From Anthoceros angustus (Eukaryota > Plantae > Anthocerotophyta), in assembly GCA_010909165.1 (NCBI GenBank), contig VJWM01000016.1, forward strand, positions 1-64,000: a stretch of 64,000 nt of DNA, in the 5' to 3' direction. This document shows, piece by piece, positions 13,389-25,980 of this stretch. The notes below the pieces were generated by a model. It searched no databases. It saw nothing but the letters and a program-made list of their open reading frames with translations, and was not told where the DNA came from. The translations under genes were made by a program, and so were the position numbers. Position 1 is the first letter of the stretch, and the number at the start of each line of letters is the position of its first letter.

Positions 13389-13863
13389 TGTGGTAGGGAG
13401 AACTGGGCACTCCCTGTGTCCTCCCACTATAGCACACACTTATCCCATCGCCGCTTAGACAAGCAGCATCTAGGTTTGTTGGACCTCATCCAAAAGGTCG
13501 CCACGTGGTCTTCAACCTTCCGCACTCAATGCAACCACTTGGGCTGAAGGCAATCCTTCTCACTTATGCAACCTCCTTGCCTGTAATCGATGGACTATGC
13601 GGCTAACGTTAGCTCTTCCTCCGCACCGTAGGACTTGTACACCATGTATGCGTTGTTCAATGTACCCTGCGCACCTCAAATCGGCTTCAATCGCAATGCG
13701 CTCCGCCACATAATGTGTCACAATGTTGTCGCTCCCTGACAAGCATCCACAACCCAATCTCCTTCCCTGAGAATGTTTTGACAAGTTTTGTCATAAGGCC
13801 AAGGCGTTGGTAAGGGCATACCACCAGCTTGTGCGATAGGTGGACCACTTTGATGGGTGCCCA
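13389..13863 (-). repeat. LTR copy 2 (tandem ~603-bp unit that includes the leader and a decayed PBS)
   Basis: 13290-13863 aligns with 12680-13278 (CCTAGCGATGGAAACCACAAAACTTCAACCTTTCAACAA...AAAATGTGGTAGGG). Confidence 0.8.
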
Positions 13864-15199
13864 ATAACCGCCTTCCATTGTTGAAAGTCCCATGCATGGC
13901 GTTGGGCATCATGATCTCTCGCTTTGCTTTGCTTTTAGACACCATCCACGCATCACGTACTCGGCGATCAAATCCGCCTCTCGTTATTCATGTTTGTCTT
14001 GTCCGGATGAAGGATACCATTACTTCCACAAAATTTCGTATATAGACTCACTGTGTGGGCTTCTTCAACTCCATGCAAGGCGATAAGCACGAACTCCTGG
14101 TGGTCTTCTCTTCAAAACTACAAAAACTGTCCAACATGGCCAAATCCATGCGCTTGTCCATAGGACCGATGTCAAAGCCACGGGGACGCCCATGACAAGC
14201 AAAGTGTATCTCCTTCCCTTGAGATAACCACGCATGTCAAGAACATTCGATCCTTCGATCGATGGACTGCTTTTCGATCGATGGAGCGTTGAAAATGGAG
14301 TCCCTCTTGCAAGTCCTTGTCTTAAAGCCGCTGCTCATTCTCCAAGCCCTTCCAATTATTGATCTCAAATATGAAATGGCGAAACTCCTCGGGAAGTTTC
14401 GACAAGACCTCCACATCCTTCAATTCTGCTCTGTCAAGATAGTCGTGAAGAATATCCTATACTTTTCCACGAAAGACATATTGCAACAACGCGTCGGCGT
14501 CATCCTCGGCACCATCCTCAGGCGCCACAAAGCGGGTGGCTCAGAAGGCGCCGGCCCCTCCCTGCCACCGTTTGCCAGGGTGTGAAATGCAGCGATGGGC
14601 GAGCGGCGGCTGGCGGTCCGCGTACTACCGTATGTAGCCGCCGAGTGGTGCCGTGGAGGGCGCCGGCCGGCGCGCCCTCCTGGCGCGCCACCGTGCGCCA
14701 CCCGTCGCCCGGCGGTGGCGCCGCGGAGGGCGGCGGCGCACGCCCTCCCGAGCACCCGGTGGCAGGCGGGTGGTGCGCGAGCATACACCAGCCGGCACGG
14801 CCCACCCTAGGGGTGGCGGCGTGGAAGGCGCCCGTGCCTCCCTTGAGTTATCCGACGGGTGATGCGCGCGGCGACGCCGGCTTGACCAGGCGCCCGCCGG
14901 CGCATGTGGCGGTGGCCTGCTATTTGCATTATTCCCTAGGTTCGAGTTCGACCACCATTCCCCACAAACATTCTTTGGATGGAAAGTAGTAACTGCGTGA
15001 CACCCTTTTTTGAGTCGTTTTTCAATGCCTTCAAAACTGTTTTAGGGCCCATCAAAAACCCCCTTTAGAGATTATTTGCAGAAAACCCCCTTCGAGATTA
15101 TTCACCCCCTTCAAAAATTATCGTGTTTAGAGGTTGCTCATGCTCAGGAACAGGTTGAGCATGCTCAAGAGTAGGTTGCTCAAGAACCAAGTCTTGTGG

Positions 15200-16150
15200 T
15201 TCTTCACGCTCCTTCAACTCCTTGATGACAACTTCGTTGCTCCCCTCCTTTGTTAGGTTCCACAACCTCATGAAAAACAACATCCCTCACGAAAATGATT
15301 TTCTTGGTTGTAGGGTTGTATAATCTATACCCCTTTACCTCTCGGAATACCCAAGCATGATGGATGCCTTTAGGATCCCACTTGGTTCGGTTTTGCTTTG
15401 GAACATGAGCATAAACCTCGGAACCAAAGATCCTAAAATGACTCACGTTAGGTTTGACACCAGACCATGCCTCCTCGGGGTCATTCCAGTCTGACCTTGG
15501 TTGGAACTCTATTCAAAACATGAGTTCTTGCTCTCCTCCAAAAGCGTACCTCCAACCCACTTTGATGGAGCATGCACTGGCCGCCTCCACTAGGCTCCTT
15601 AGCTTGCGCCTCCGCCACTCCATTTTGCTCCGGTGTGTGAGAAATTGTTAGTTGCCTCCGAATGCCATGCTCCTTGCAAAAGCTTTTGAATTGAGAAGAG
15701 ATGTATTCTCCTCCATTGTCACTCCTAAGAGTCTTGAGGCATTCTCCGCTTTCGTTCTCCACCAAGACTTTCCACTCCTTGAATGTCTTGAACACTTCGG
15801 ACTTCTCCTTCAAAAGGTATGTCCAACTCCTCCTTGTGAAGTCATCCACAAACACTAGAATGTAGCGGGCTCCTCCATGGGTAGGGTTCTTCATTGGTCC
15901 ACACATGTGTGTACAAGTTCAACGCCCCTTTCGCGCTCCAATCCTTGGGAACTTGGTTGGTGAAGCTTTCCCATCATGCACCCTTAGCTGCGGCTCACCA
16001 ATATCTTTCAAATCCAAGCGGTCACCATTTGTTGATTCTTCATCATCTTGATGTTGTCCACTCCAGTGTGCCCCAAGCGTTGATGCCACAAATCTATTGA
16101 CCCAATGCTCTTAGACGAGCTTGACACAAATGTGCAAGCTTGTTGATCAC
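15200..16150 (-). pseudogene. Copia integrase (rve) remnant
   Basis: CGPM...GGARYILVFVDDFTRRSWTYLLKEKSEVF...LRSDNGGEY...TPEQNGVAE, followed by FGSEVYAHVPKQNRTKWDPK. Confidence 0.95.
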
Positions 16151-16259
16151 CTACAGCACACAACTTATAGAGATTGCCTTCCGAACACCTCGAGCTATCA
16201 CCTTGACATTAGGTGATTACGGTTTCGGGTTGGATGCGACATCCTCGAGTTGAACACAA

Positions 16260-16516
16260 TCTCATTCCGGGGTCGATGATTCTTGCTGAAAGAAGATTCT
16301 TCGCAAGACCCGGGCACATGGTGCACATCCTTGATTGTACCTTTGGATGGTCCTCAGTTGAACTTTAATCACACCTCTTCCTTTGATCTCGTGTGACCTA
16401 TTGTCTCCAAGCGCCACTTTATGCCCCGCCGGCATTTCTTCATAGCTTGAGAACCAAGGCCGATTGTAGGTGAAGTGTTGAGATGCTCCAGAGTCGAGGT
16501 ACAAACTCTCATCCTT
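16260..16516 (-). pseudogene. Copia protease remnant
   Basis: KDESLYLDSGASQHFTYNRPWF...VALGDNRSHEIKGRG. Confidence 0.9.
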
Positions 16517-19500
16517 CCCTACTAGAAAAGGGCACCCTATGTTACAGTGGATGTTGCAATTTTTTGTTACACTTCCACATTGCAACATGTTTTGGAGGTT
16601 GGTATTAAGTTTGTTAGTTACTGTCCCCGTTTGGTGCACCATCTTAACACGAACACACTCTCTCTTCCCACCTCACCCCTTACTACCCCTCTCTCACAAG
16701 CATTGTTAATAATTTCCCACCCCTTATTACTCGTGTTGCAATTTTATGTAACACTTCCAACTTGCAACATGGTTTGATGGCTTGGTGTTAAGTTGGTCCA
16801 TTCTTTCTCTTCCTTCTCCCACCATCCTAACACAATGCTTGGTCTCTCACTTCATGTACCACTTCAAAATTGCAACACTTTATGGTGGCTTGGTGTTCGG
16901 TGTCTTTCTTATCCACCTTCTCACCCCATCTTAACACAATGCTTGGTCTCTCTCCTCTCACCTCACCCTCCTATTTATTGCCCCTTATCACACCCTTTTA
17001 TACTCTTTCACTTCTCCTCCTCCTTCATGAGTGAGAAGGACCTCCCCTATCACAACCATTTTATACTCTTCCTCTTCCTCTTTCAACATGTTACAAGGAC
17101 CTCTCTCTCCCTGTCCTTCCTTCCTATTTTACCTCCTTTGCATATACTCGTATACATATATATGTATTGTAGGCTTCAAGACATAAGTATGTGTACATAT
17201 ATATGTACACATCCATCTCGTTATACTTCTATTATATTAGTGTATTTATATGCCTCTTTGTATACGTATATACGTACGTATATAGGCATCAAGACTTGTT
17301 TATATAATAATATATGTGCTAACCCTTACGTCACTCTCATACCTTGCATATATAAGTGTTTGATTTTATTGACAAATTAATTGGAATTTTTGGATTCAAG
17401 CGTCCTCTATCCCTTTTCGTGGCTTTGTTGCCACTGATGCAATTGGCTTTATCTACAAACATGTACGTCTTCCAAGTGATATGGCCATATGCGTCTTGCG
17501 ACGTCACTTGGTGACTCTTCAGACCAACACCATTGTTTTCAGGGTTCCTCCACAACTTCCTAGACCTATCCAGCGGCCTCAATCACCACTTTCACGGCGA
17601 AGGACCCCTGTAAATGCTAGGCTATAAAGGTGGGAATACCAATTCCATCTGTTTGTTGCTGATTGACCATCACCGGTCCACCCACGTACTGGCGACTCCA
17701 GCGTCTGCAAGAAAATGGCTCTGAACATTCACATTCCCCCTCCACAAACGGCCCACCTGCCACGGTTGTTTTCCAGTTACGTCGGCATGCGCTCCGCATT
17801 CTCTCATCCATCCAGTTCCCCACCATCTCTCCAGTGCTCCGCTCCCATCCAGTTCCCATCTCTCCAGGCTCCGCTCCCACATCCGTGTTCCCCACCATCT
17901 ACGTTGCCTCCATCACTTGACGGTGACGCTGTTGCCACCTTTCCTCCATCTTCCTTCTCTCCACTAGTATCTGCCTTCCTTCCGACATGGCCTTCACCTT
18001 CCACCGCTTTCCTTCCTTCTTCCCTGAGTCATGCACACACATCACTTAGAGCTCACGTCCTACATATCACCACGCCGCACCAACCAACTCCTCATTCTCC
18101 ACCCAACCTCCATCGCATAAGCTCACATATGTACACTCCACCACGCCCATGCGGCCGCACAACACGGCAATGGCTCGTCTAGTGGCTTACCGCCAACGCT
18201 CCATCAATTCTCCAATTTCGGTAGTGGCAATGTAGTCGGTATGTCGTCTCCACCTCATCATCCGCCATCTCCACATCCGCCTCCTTGCGCTTTCCCCATC
18301 ATTGCCCGTGTCCTTCTCCTCACCGTCCTCCGACCATCATATGCACGCGTTCCTTGGCCCGCCTCCGCAACCGCCTCCTCCAAGAGACCAGTCTCACTCC
18401 TGTGGCAGCTTCCTCCTCCACAGGCATCCTCCTCCCACGTTGTTGGGGTTATCCATCGCCACCATAGAAGGTCCACAAGACCAATGGCCTCTCTCGCCAC
18501 CACGGTCGGCCTCTTGGGCACCACCATGCTCCTCCCGATCACCACAGTCCTCTTTCTGACTCACGCCAAATTCCTCCTCCTCGATGTCACGGCCTGGCGA
18601 TTCCTCCTCCGAAAGTTTTGGATTCTCTCCTGCAAGCGCTCCAGTAGCTCCCACCTATTAGAGACACCCACTCCCTTGCGGCCGCTTTCTCAAATCGTCC
18701 TCCTCTTTGGCGGCAGACTCCACCTGAAGTTGCTCCCTCCAGCACCTCTCTCGCCGCCTCCGCTCCACGCGATGATCATCCACCCTCTCCACTTGATTGA
18801 ATCCGCATTCTCCACAGTGCCCACCTCACTTGCGCTAGGACCATCCTTCGTGTGCTTCCATCCAAGAAGGGGACTACGTGGCATGCCATGCCAGCTCCTT
18901 GCCTTGCCATGCCACCTTCCCCAGCTACTTGTGTTTGTGCACGAAAACCAAACCTTCCTTGTCCACGTATGCCATTCCTCCATGCATGCCATATATAGTC
19001 CCCGCTTTTTATGACCATTTCGTGACCCAAGGACAAGTGTTTGCAATGCGATTTCGAGTGGCGATGACCAAGGAAGTGCCATGCCATGACAAGGTCATGG
19101 CCATCTTACAACCCGCCATGAACCAAGGACAATGGTTCCCTTTCTCTCAAATAAAATTCTCCCTCCACCATGGTCCAAGGAAGGTGGGTGCAAGCCATTA
19201 GAATAATTGAAAACTCATGGCATGGAAGAAAACATGCCACGAAGGTCGCTTGGTGACAGACTTCCAATTTCGGTAATAATCTATATCAACATCTACACCA
19301 TTGTGCAAGGACGGTGGGTGGCACGTGAGAGCCATTCAAGCAAACTAAATGCCCCCTTTCATTATGCCATGAATGAAGGACCGTCCGTATGTGAATTTGC
19401 CATATATATGCCAATTCCCGTTCTCCTAGATAATGATGTCCATCGTTCGAGACTCCCATTCGCTCTCCACCAATCATGCGTCACATGGCGTAACGATAAT

Positions 19501-22500
19501 GTATTCACGCCGCGGCACCATGCTAGGGTGACGGCTCACGTCACTATGGCGTCGCAAAAAGTTTCCTTAGGAGACATGAAAACAAACTGCATTCGCTCCT
19601 TTATGGCGCAGCGCTTCACACTCATTGCATTTACCAGCAATCACTTTGTTGGTCGTGGCCATCAAAGCCCATGTTTGGTTTGTCACATGTAAGGAAGCTT
19701 GAAATTCAAGATCCTCTCATCCGCAACCCGATGTGGCACAGGGCACAAGTGTAGAAGGTGGTGGTCCGCTTTAAATGTCACCACCTTGCCCTCGCTTCAC
19801 GCTACTACCTTTCTCTTGGTCATCCTCGCGGTGGCGAGCCTGTCTTCGGTGAACATGCACCTGCTGGCGCTCCTGCTACCTTATGCCATGTATGACGGAC
19901 ATGTTGACGTATGCGGAGCTAGCTTCCGGAAACCTAAATGGGCGTGGAGTGGTAGTTCGCACCACGAGGCGTGTGTTCATGTCTCCATCTTCGTGCACAC
20001 CATGATCAAGGATCCTTTGCAAAGGTTGGAGGCGGTGTCACCGCCTCATGGCGTGGAGCAGTCTCAGTGGCTATCCTCGTGGGGACTTGCCGTTCGGTGG
20101 CGAGGTGGTTCCTTCCACATGGTGCGGGCATGGTGTTCGTGACCACACACGGTATGGTGGGGGTTCGTGTGAGCGCGGATGTGAACACTTTTTGGCCCTA
20201 TTCGCCTACCTACAAGTCCATGCCGCAGCTAAAGTGTTTGTGGAATCGCATAAGTCAAAACCGCCTTCCGCTGACATGTCTTTGTGGATCATTGCGTGTG
20301 TGCACATTATTGTTGCACAGTGGTGGAAACCGACGATGGCCATTAAGGACAAGGGCTGCAATTCCACATGACGATGGCCATCGAGGATGATGGATGGGAG
20401 GTTGCTCTCCCTCGTCGGCCATCAAGGACTGGTATGGAGGGCCATCGTCCCTTGGCTCTTCGTCTCGGGGCAGCGTCGTGTGAGCGGGGGCGGTTTATAC
20501 CTCACAATGTGGGGACATATGCTTCGTAATTAAACATTGGGATGGGAAAGTCCTTCATCCTTGATCACTACTTGTACTTCCCATCTTTGTCACGCAATGG
20601 ATGGTTTTATCCATACGTTGACCGGACATGACAAGTCACCCTTGCGCGTCTCGAGTCACGCGTCTGAAAGTGGAATAAATCATGTATGGTGATTGGTTTG
20701 CACAGTGCTATAGTCTATTGTCTCCTCCCTCCTGGATGCACAAGGCAATCTTTGGTCAGTGGAAGTCGATGATTAATGGTAAAATGCAGGAATGGGCGCA
20801 TTGAGAGCGGTGCGCCATGTGGGCAATATAATACATCATGAGTAACGTACAGCGTAACCAATGGGACATGAAACTTGCTCCCAAGTCTGTCAAGGTTGTG
20901 GTCGAAAATTGTTGATTATGGGCAAGTAGCATGTGCATAGCGCTCGTCCGGAGAGTAAATGACAACCACCGGGCCTTTGCAAACAAAGCTTTTCAAAATA
21001 GCAGCCTTGAATTCGGCCTGGACTCATGGCGCACCTTTCACAGAGGAAGCCATTGCCTTGACATGCACGAAGGTGGTGGACAACCGGTTCGCGGGATGGG
21101 GAGTATGGCGAGGTGAAGCTTGCTAGGGAGTCACGTCTGAAGGCGCGAACACCATAGTCGGGCGTCGACACGGACCGTATCTGGGTGGGGAGGATGAGGG
21201 GCCAAATGGCCTCGGGCTATCTCGCTCATCCACCGCACCCGGTCTCCATTCGGGTCGGCGATGTGAAGAAGCTCGTCGAAGGCGGTCGGGTAAGAGGCGA
21301 GGGCAACGAGCCCAAACTTGATTTTGACGACTTTGAGACGTGGAACCTCCAGCCCGGCGGATGCGGAGTTGGAGCATGCGTGCAGTGAAGGAAATAGATG
21401 AAGAGCTATTTACATTGGATGAGGTGGGTTTTCGCAGACTGCGTTAACGGCAAGTGACGGCAAAGTGTGCATTAAAGTTTGGGCGGATGAGTGGGCATGG
21501 TGGACAAACGGGTAACACATGTGCATCTTGGCATTCAAGCTTGGAGACAAGGGAGGCAACCTTTCGAGGACGGCGGTGTGATTGCTAGAAGGGAAAGGGT
21601 GGAAATCGTGAAAGGGGATAGTGGGGTTCTGAGTTCCTTGAGTAAGATAGGGAGTGTATGAAAAGATCCTAGAGGTTCGAGCTATTGCAAGGAGAACAAG
21701 GAAATGACCATTTTGCTTAACGACATTGAATTGAAGATGGATCCCGATATGGTGGCCTTTAGACGACGGAAGGAAGGGGTGGGAGGCAACGATGGTGCGA
21801 GGTGGTGACATGGACGACGAGGCTATCAAGGAATGCGATGGCGGAAGGGGCTTGGGAGGAAGGAGGCCGGAGGGGCGAGGACAGGACTTTGAATGGGGAA
21901 AGGTGACGATGAACAAGGAGCGGGAAGTGGAGGCGGCGCGGTCTTGAGGAAGCATGCGAGGGAGGCAGCGGAGGGTGGCCGATGTGGGCAGGTGTGACAC
22001 CACGATTGCCTAGGTTGGTGGAAGCGCATGCACAGGATTGGGGTCAATGGAGGCGAGGGCAACGAGGTATGTCGGTGGGCAGCAAGCAAATAATGGAAAA
22101 GAGGTGGAGGGTGCCCGAGACCGCCGGTGACGGCCATGTATGGGAGGGTGGAGGCCGTTGGGATCGAGATGGAGTGGCCGATGGAGGCGGGAACAAGGTG
22201 TGTGGAGGCGGAGTGGTGGAGCACGGAGGGGGGCAAATCACGGAAGAAACACACTTGTGTGCACTATGGACAGCCAAAAATCGCAGGGGACTAGGAGGAG
22301 GCGGGTGGCGGAGGGGCAGACGAGTGGATCACCCAGCGGCCATGGTGGGCGGGCAAAAGGCGCGAACATGAGGCGGATGTCGAGGAGAGAGAATGAAGGA
22401 GGACTAAGAGGGCAACATGCAGTGCGTTGATATCGGCAAAGGCCAATGCAGATGGAGGCGAGGCAGCGTGGGGGGGCTGCAGAGCAGAACATGGGCAGAG

Positions 22501-23739
22501 GAGGCAGTCTTGAAGAGGATGTGCCTAATTTGTGCAGACACATACCTTGCAGCCTCGGATCGAGCATGGACACATAGTGGAGCCCAGTTGAGGCAAGCGC
22601 CACCGTGATAAAGGGTGGAGGCCGAAGAGGAAAATGGGAGGAGGAGTAGAGGAGGCAGGCGGTGGGCAAGTGACAAGGCAGGCTGCGGCCGGGAAGGAGG
22701 ACGGAAGAGGAAAATGTCCAGAAGGCGGAAAAGAGGAGGGCGGAAGGTAAGGCAAATGGACGCTTTGTTGTGGAAACCCATTAACTGGATAACTCATGAT
22801 GGCCATGCTGGTTTGTATGTGCAAGTGTGCCCGAGGCGAGGAGGAAGCGGAGGAAGTGGCAAAGCTTGCCTCGGCCGCAAGTGGGAGGGAAGAAGAAAAT
22901 TGCGAATCGAGCAGGAGGCGGAAGTTTCTGTAGGTGCATACGATGACGAGTAGGAAGTGCCTTACATGGAGGCGAGAAAAGCATAAGCCGGCATACCAAA
23001 TCTCCTCCGCACTGACAATCTGTAGGGGCATAACCTCACGGTGATGCGTCACAATAAGGTGATAGGTGGGGACAATATCTTCTTGGGCGCCATGGCGGAA
23101 GCCGATGGCTATTGTTGACGTGGGAAGGACAAACCGCATGCCATGCTATAAAGTAGGGGTATAAAGGGCCGTCTATTTACAAATAGTAAATACAAAGTAT
23201 CGTACCATGAATATATACGGACCGATGTCGTAAATGTCATAATATACAAACTTATTTTATATGAAATTGAATACGCCGTATAGCACTTAGAATAATACAT
23301 TACATTTATCAGTAGACTATATGCGATATAGTACAAGGATGTATTGATACGGTATTTATATGTGGTCGTATTGAAGGGCGTGTCGGTGGTAACTACCAAG
23401 TAAAACGTGGTATTTCAAAGGGCAAAAGTAAAAGGGCAATGGTGGATGGGAGGAGGTTTCAAGCCTCCAAAAGTGTTACAAGACCTCTCTTGTAACACTT
23501 TAGATGTTGCAATCATGTTGCAATTTTGAGAGAGGCAAAACCACCTCTCACTTCATCTTAACATAATTGCAACACCATTGCAACATGATTGCAACAACGG
23601 CCGTGGTATGGTTTCCAAGCCAAAGTGTAACAAGGGGCCCAAAAGTGTTACATGACCCCAAAATTGCAACATGAGTGTTACATCCGTGGGTCCAAATCTT
23701 AACATAAAGTGTAACATAGGGTGCCCTTTTCTAGTAGGG
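16517..23739. mobile_element. CACTA-like TIR DNA transposon with CCCTA ends (7223 bp)
   Basis: CCCTACTAGAAAAGGGCACCCTATGTTACA at 16517-16546 has its exact reverse complement at 23710-23739. CTT flanks both ends (16514-16516, 23740-23742). TTGCAACA/TGTTGCAA subterminal repeats occur at both ends. Confidence 0.9.
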
Positions 23740-24580
23740 CTTCTTTGATGTAATTTATGTACTCTTTCTCTTGGGGAAGTAAAAAAGATGTTCTTCCTTC
23801 TCACTCACTTGATTGGCTTGTGACTCCTTTCCCTTCTTCTTCAAGTCACCAACCTTGTCCTACAATCCTTGGCATAGTGATTAGGCTTTTGCAATAATGG
23901 CAAGTACCCCATACCTTTTCTTGCACCTTTCTCCTTGATCCTTCTTGAGTTGGCTTGTGAAGTCTTCCCATGTTGTTCCTTCTTTGAGAAGAGCATCGAG
24001 TCTCCATTCTCTTCTTTCTTGAAGGAATTCTCCAGCTCCTCTTGTAGGAGCAACCCAACCACCTCATCCAACGTTGGTGGTGGCTTGACATCGCTTCTGG
24101 CGTTCTAAAAAACACAAATTGCTTATGCTGCGGATGGTAAGCTACTCAAGAACACCACGATAACCTTTTCTTTCGGAAGGTTTGGCGTCGCCGCCTTCAT
24201 TTGATCCACCAAGTTCTTCAACTTGTTGGCGTGTTGTTGAATGGTGTCACCTCGACCATCTTGAAGTTGGGGAATTGTTGCTCCAACAAGATCTCATTCA
24301 CCAAGCTTTTCTTCTCATACGTGTTGCCGGGTCGTCACGCCGCTTTTGATGTTGCACACTCACTCAATTGAGAGAGTATGTCATCGGACACATTGAGGAG
24401 AATCGTCGCCGCCGCTTCCATCTTTCTCGGTGTCACTTGTGGGTGTTTCTCGAGGCCATTGTCGACAAACTTCCATAGTCCTCGGTCGATGAGAAGCATC
24501 TTCAGCTTCAACTTCCACAATGTGAAGTTCGTGCCTCCAAACTTCTCCACTAGACGTGCCTCCATGCTTGTTGACGCCAT
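23740..24580 (-). pseudogene. Copia gag remnant with zinc knuckle
   Basis: VEKFGGTNFTLWKLKLKMLLIDRGLWKFV...AAATILLNVSDDIL, and CHYC/KPNHYAKDC across a frameshift at ~23870-23910. Confidence 0.9.
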
Positions 24581-24639
24581 GCTAGTTTCCCTATAATTGA
24601 TCTTGAAGACCAACACACTTCAAGATTAGTATCAAGACC

Positions 24640-24771
24640 TTTCCAATTGCACACAAGTTCTCACAAGCTCTAGGCTAAGAACTATGCAATAGGACTTGAC
24701 TCAAGTTTCCAATTGCACACAAGTTCTCACAAGCTCTAGGCTAAGAATTATGCAATAGGACTTGACTCAAG
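24640..24771. repeat. 66-bp direct duplication in the copia leader
   Basis: TTTCCAATTGCACACAAGTTCTCACAAGCTCTAGGCTAAGAA...GACTCAAG at 24640 and 24706. Confidence 0.9.
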
Positions 24772-24809
24772 TAACAATGCAAGGGGCATTCTACAAGGCT
24801 CTTGAACAT

Positions 24810-24822
24810 GGCTCTGATACCA
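24810..24822 (-). promoter_or_regulatory. tRNA-iMet primer-binding site
   Basis: Minus strand TGGTATCAGAGCC directly abuts the LTR end. Confidence 0.95.
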
Positions 24823-25184
24823 TGTTCGGAAAAGAGCTGAGCCTTTATAGAGAGAGAACACAACACTCCCATACAATATGGGTTATATGCACTAGGCACA
24901 CTAGAAACTAGCACACAAGCACACAAGCACACAAGAACACTTGCACACACCACACCTTACAAATAGGTGGGCTTGGCCTTATAGTCCTAGCCTTGAATCC
25001 TACTGGTCACTTGACCTTGAATCCTATTGGTTACTTGACCTTGCCCTTTACTTTTGGACTTTCTAGAAGATACTTTCTAGAAGATGCATGACTTTCAAGT
25101 TATTTTTAGGGCACTCTTCATAACCTGCTTTTAGGGCACTCTTCATAACATATTTTGATATGTTGTAATAAAACACTTCTAACA
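24823..25184 (-). repeat. Copia 5' LTR (362 bp)
   Basis: TGTT...AACA termini, adjacent to the PBS. The outer boundary coincides with resumption of a dispersed repeat family at 25185. Confidence 0.85.
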
Positions 25185-25850
25185 GAATCTCTGTGATTGA
25201 TATTGGGAGCACAATCTCAAGGAAAGGTTGCCTGGTGTGCTGACATTTCTCGTTGTGAGACTTAAGCGATATAGTCCCCAGTGTATCCTGGAATCAAAGC
25301 GAACGGCTCAGTACTCACTTCGAATGTCAAGCAATTGGCAAATTCGACCGCCTGCTCTGCTTGCTCTTAATCCAGCACCTGGATGCAATCCGATGCATTC
25401 TCAGCCGAAACTCACACATGGATGCATTGGATGCAACTTGCAAATAACTGCTCAAACCAGAATCAGCTTCCCAAAGAAGATTGAAAACATCAGACTGAAG
25501 GCAGATAGGATCCGGATTTCCCCCCTACCTAGCACTGGGATAGTGGATCGGGTGCCTCTTTCGGATGCTTCCTCAGTCTGCCTATCACAACCTCCTTCTT
25601 CACCGCCCGCAAGGGGCCAATGTACCAGCAAGCTTGGCCGACTGGCTCAGCGCATGAATTCATCATCAAGCTCTTCCTCAACGCCTTCCACCTGAGTCCG
25701 TTCATGGCTCTGGATTGTTCATCAGATAACTCGAGACGCCGACGCCGAAACAAACCGCCTCCTACCAAACAAAACTCTTTCACTCGCTCACAACACTATC
25801 GATGGTGGACACGCTTCCTGGCCATACCGTCGCCATAGGGCCGTACTTTT
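25185..25850 (-). repeat. Dispersed repeat family X, copy 1
   Basis: Its reverse complement aligns with 47960-48520, 60680-61220 and 59420-59530. Confidence 0.85.
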
Positions 25851-25980
25851 TAGTTCAAGCCTTCAACGCATCCCTCTTGCTCGTCTTGGAATTGCAGCAA
25901 ACTCCCAAAAAGCCAAAAAGCGGATACCTTCTTAGTCGACTATGGAGACAAACGTTTCGGAGAAATCTTTTTCTCGATCG

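Larger units (their letters stand above)
15000..25184 (-). mobile_element. Truncated Ty1/copia retrotransposon interrupted by a DNA transposon
   Basis: LTR 24823-25184, tRNA-Met PBS, gag, zinc knuckle, [7.2-kb insertion], protease, integrase. No RT/RH or 3' LTR found on the left. Confidence 0.85.

Noticed and set aside
17145-17310. TA-rich stretch (also 23150-23400) as a regulatory element
   Set aside because: Low-complexity TA/TATG sequence inside the transposon, with no specific support.
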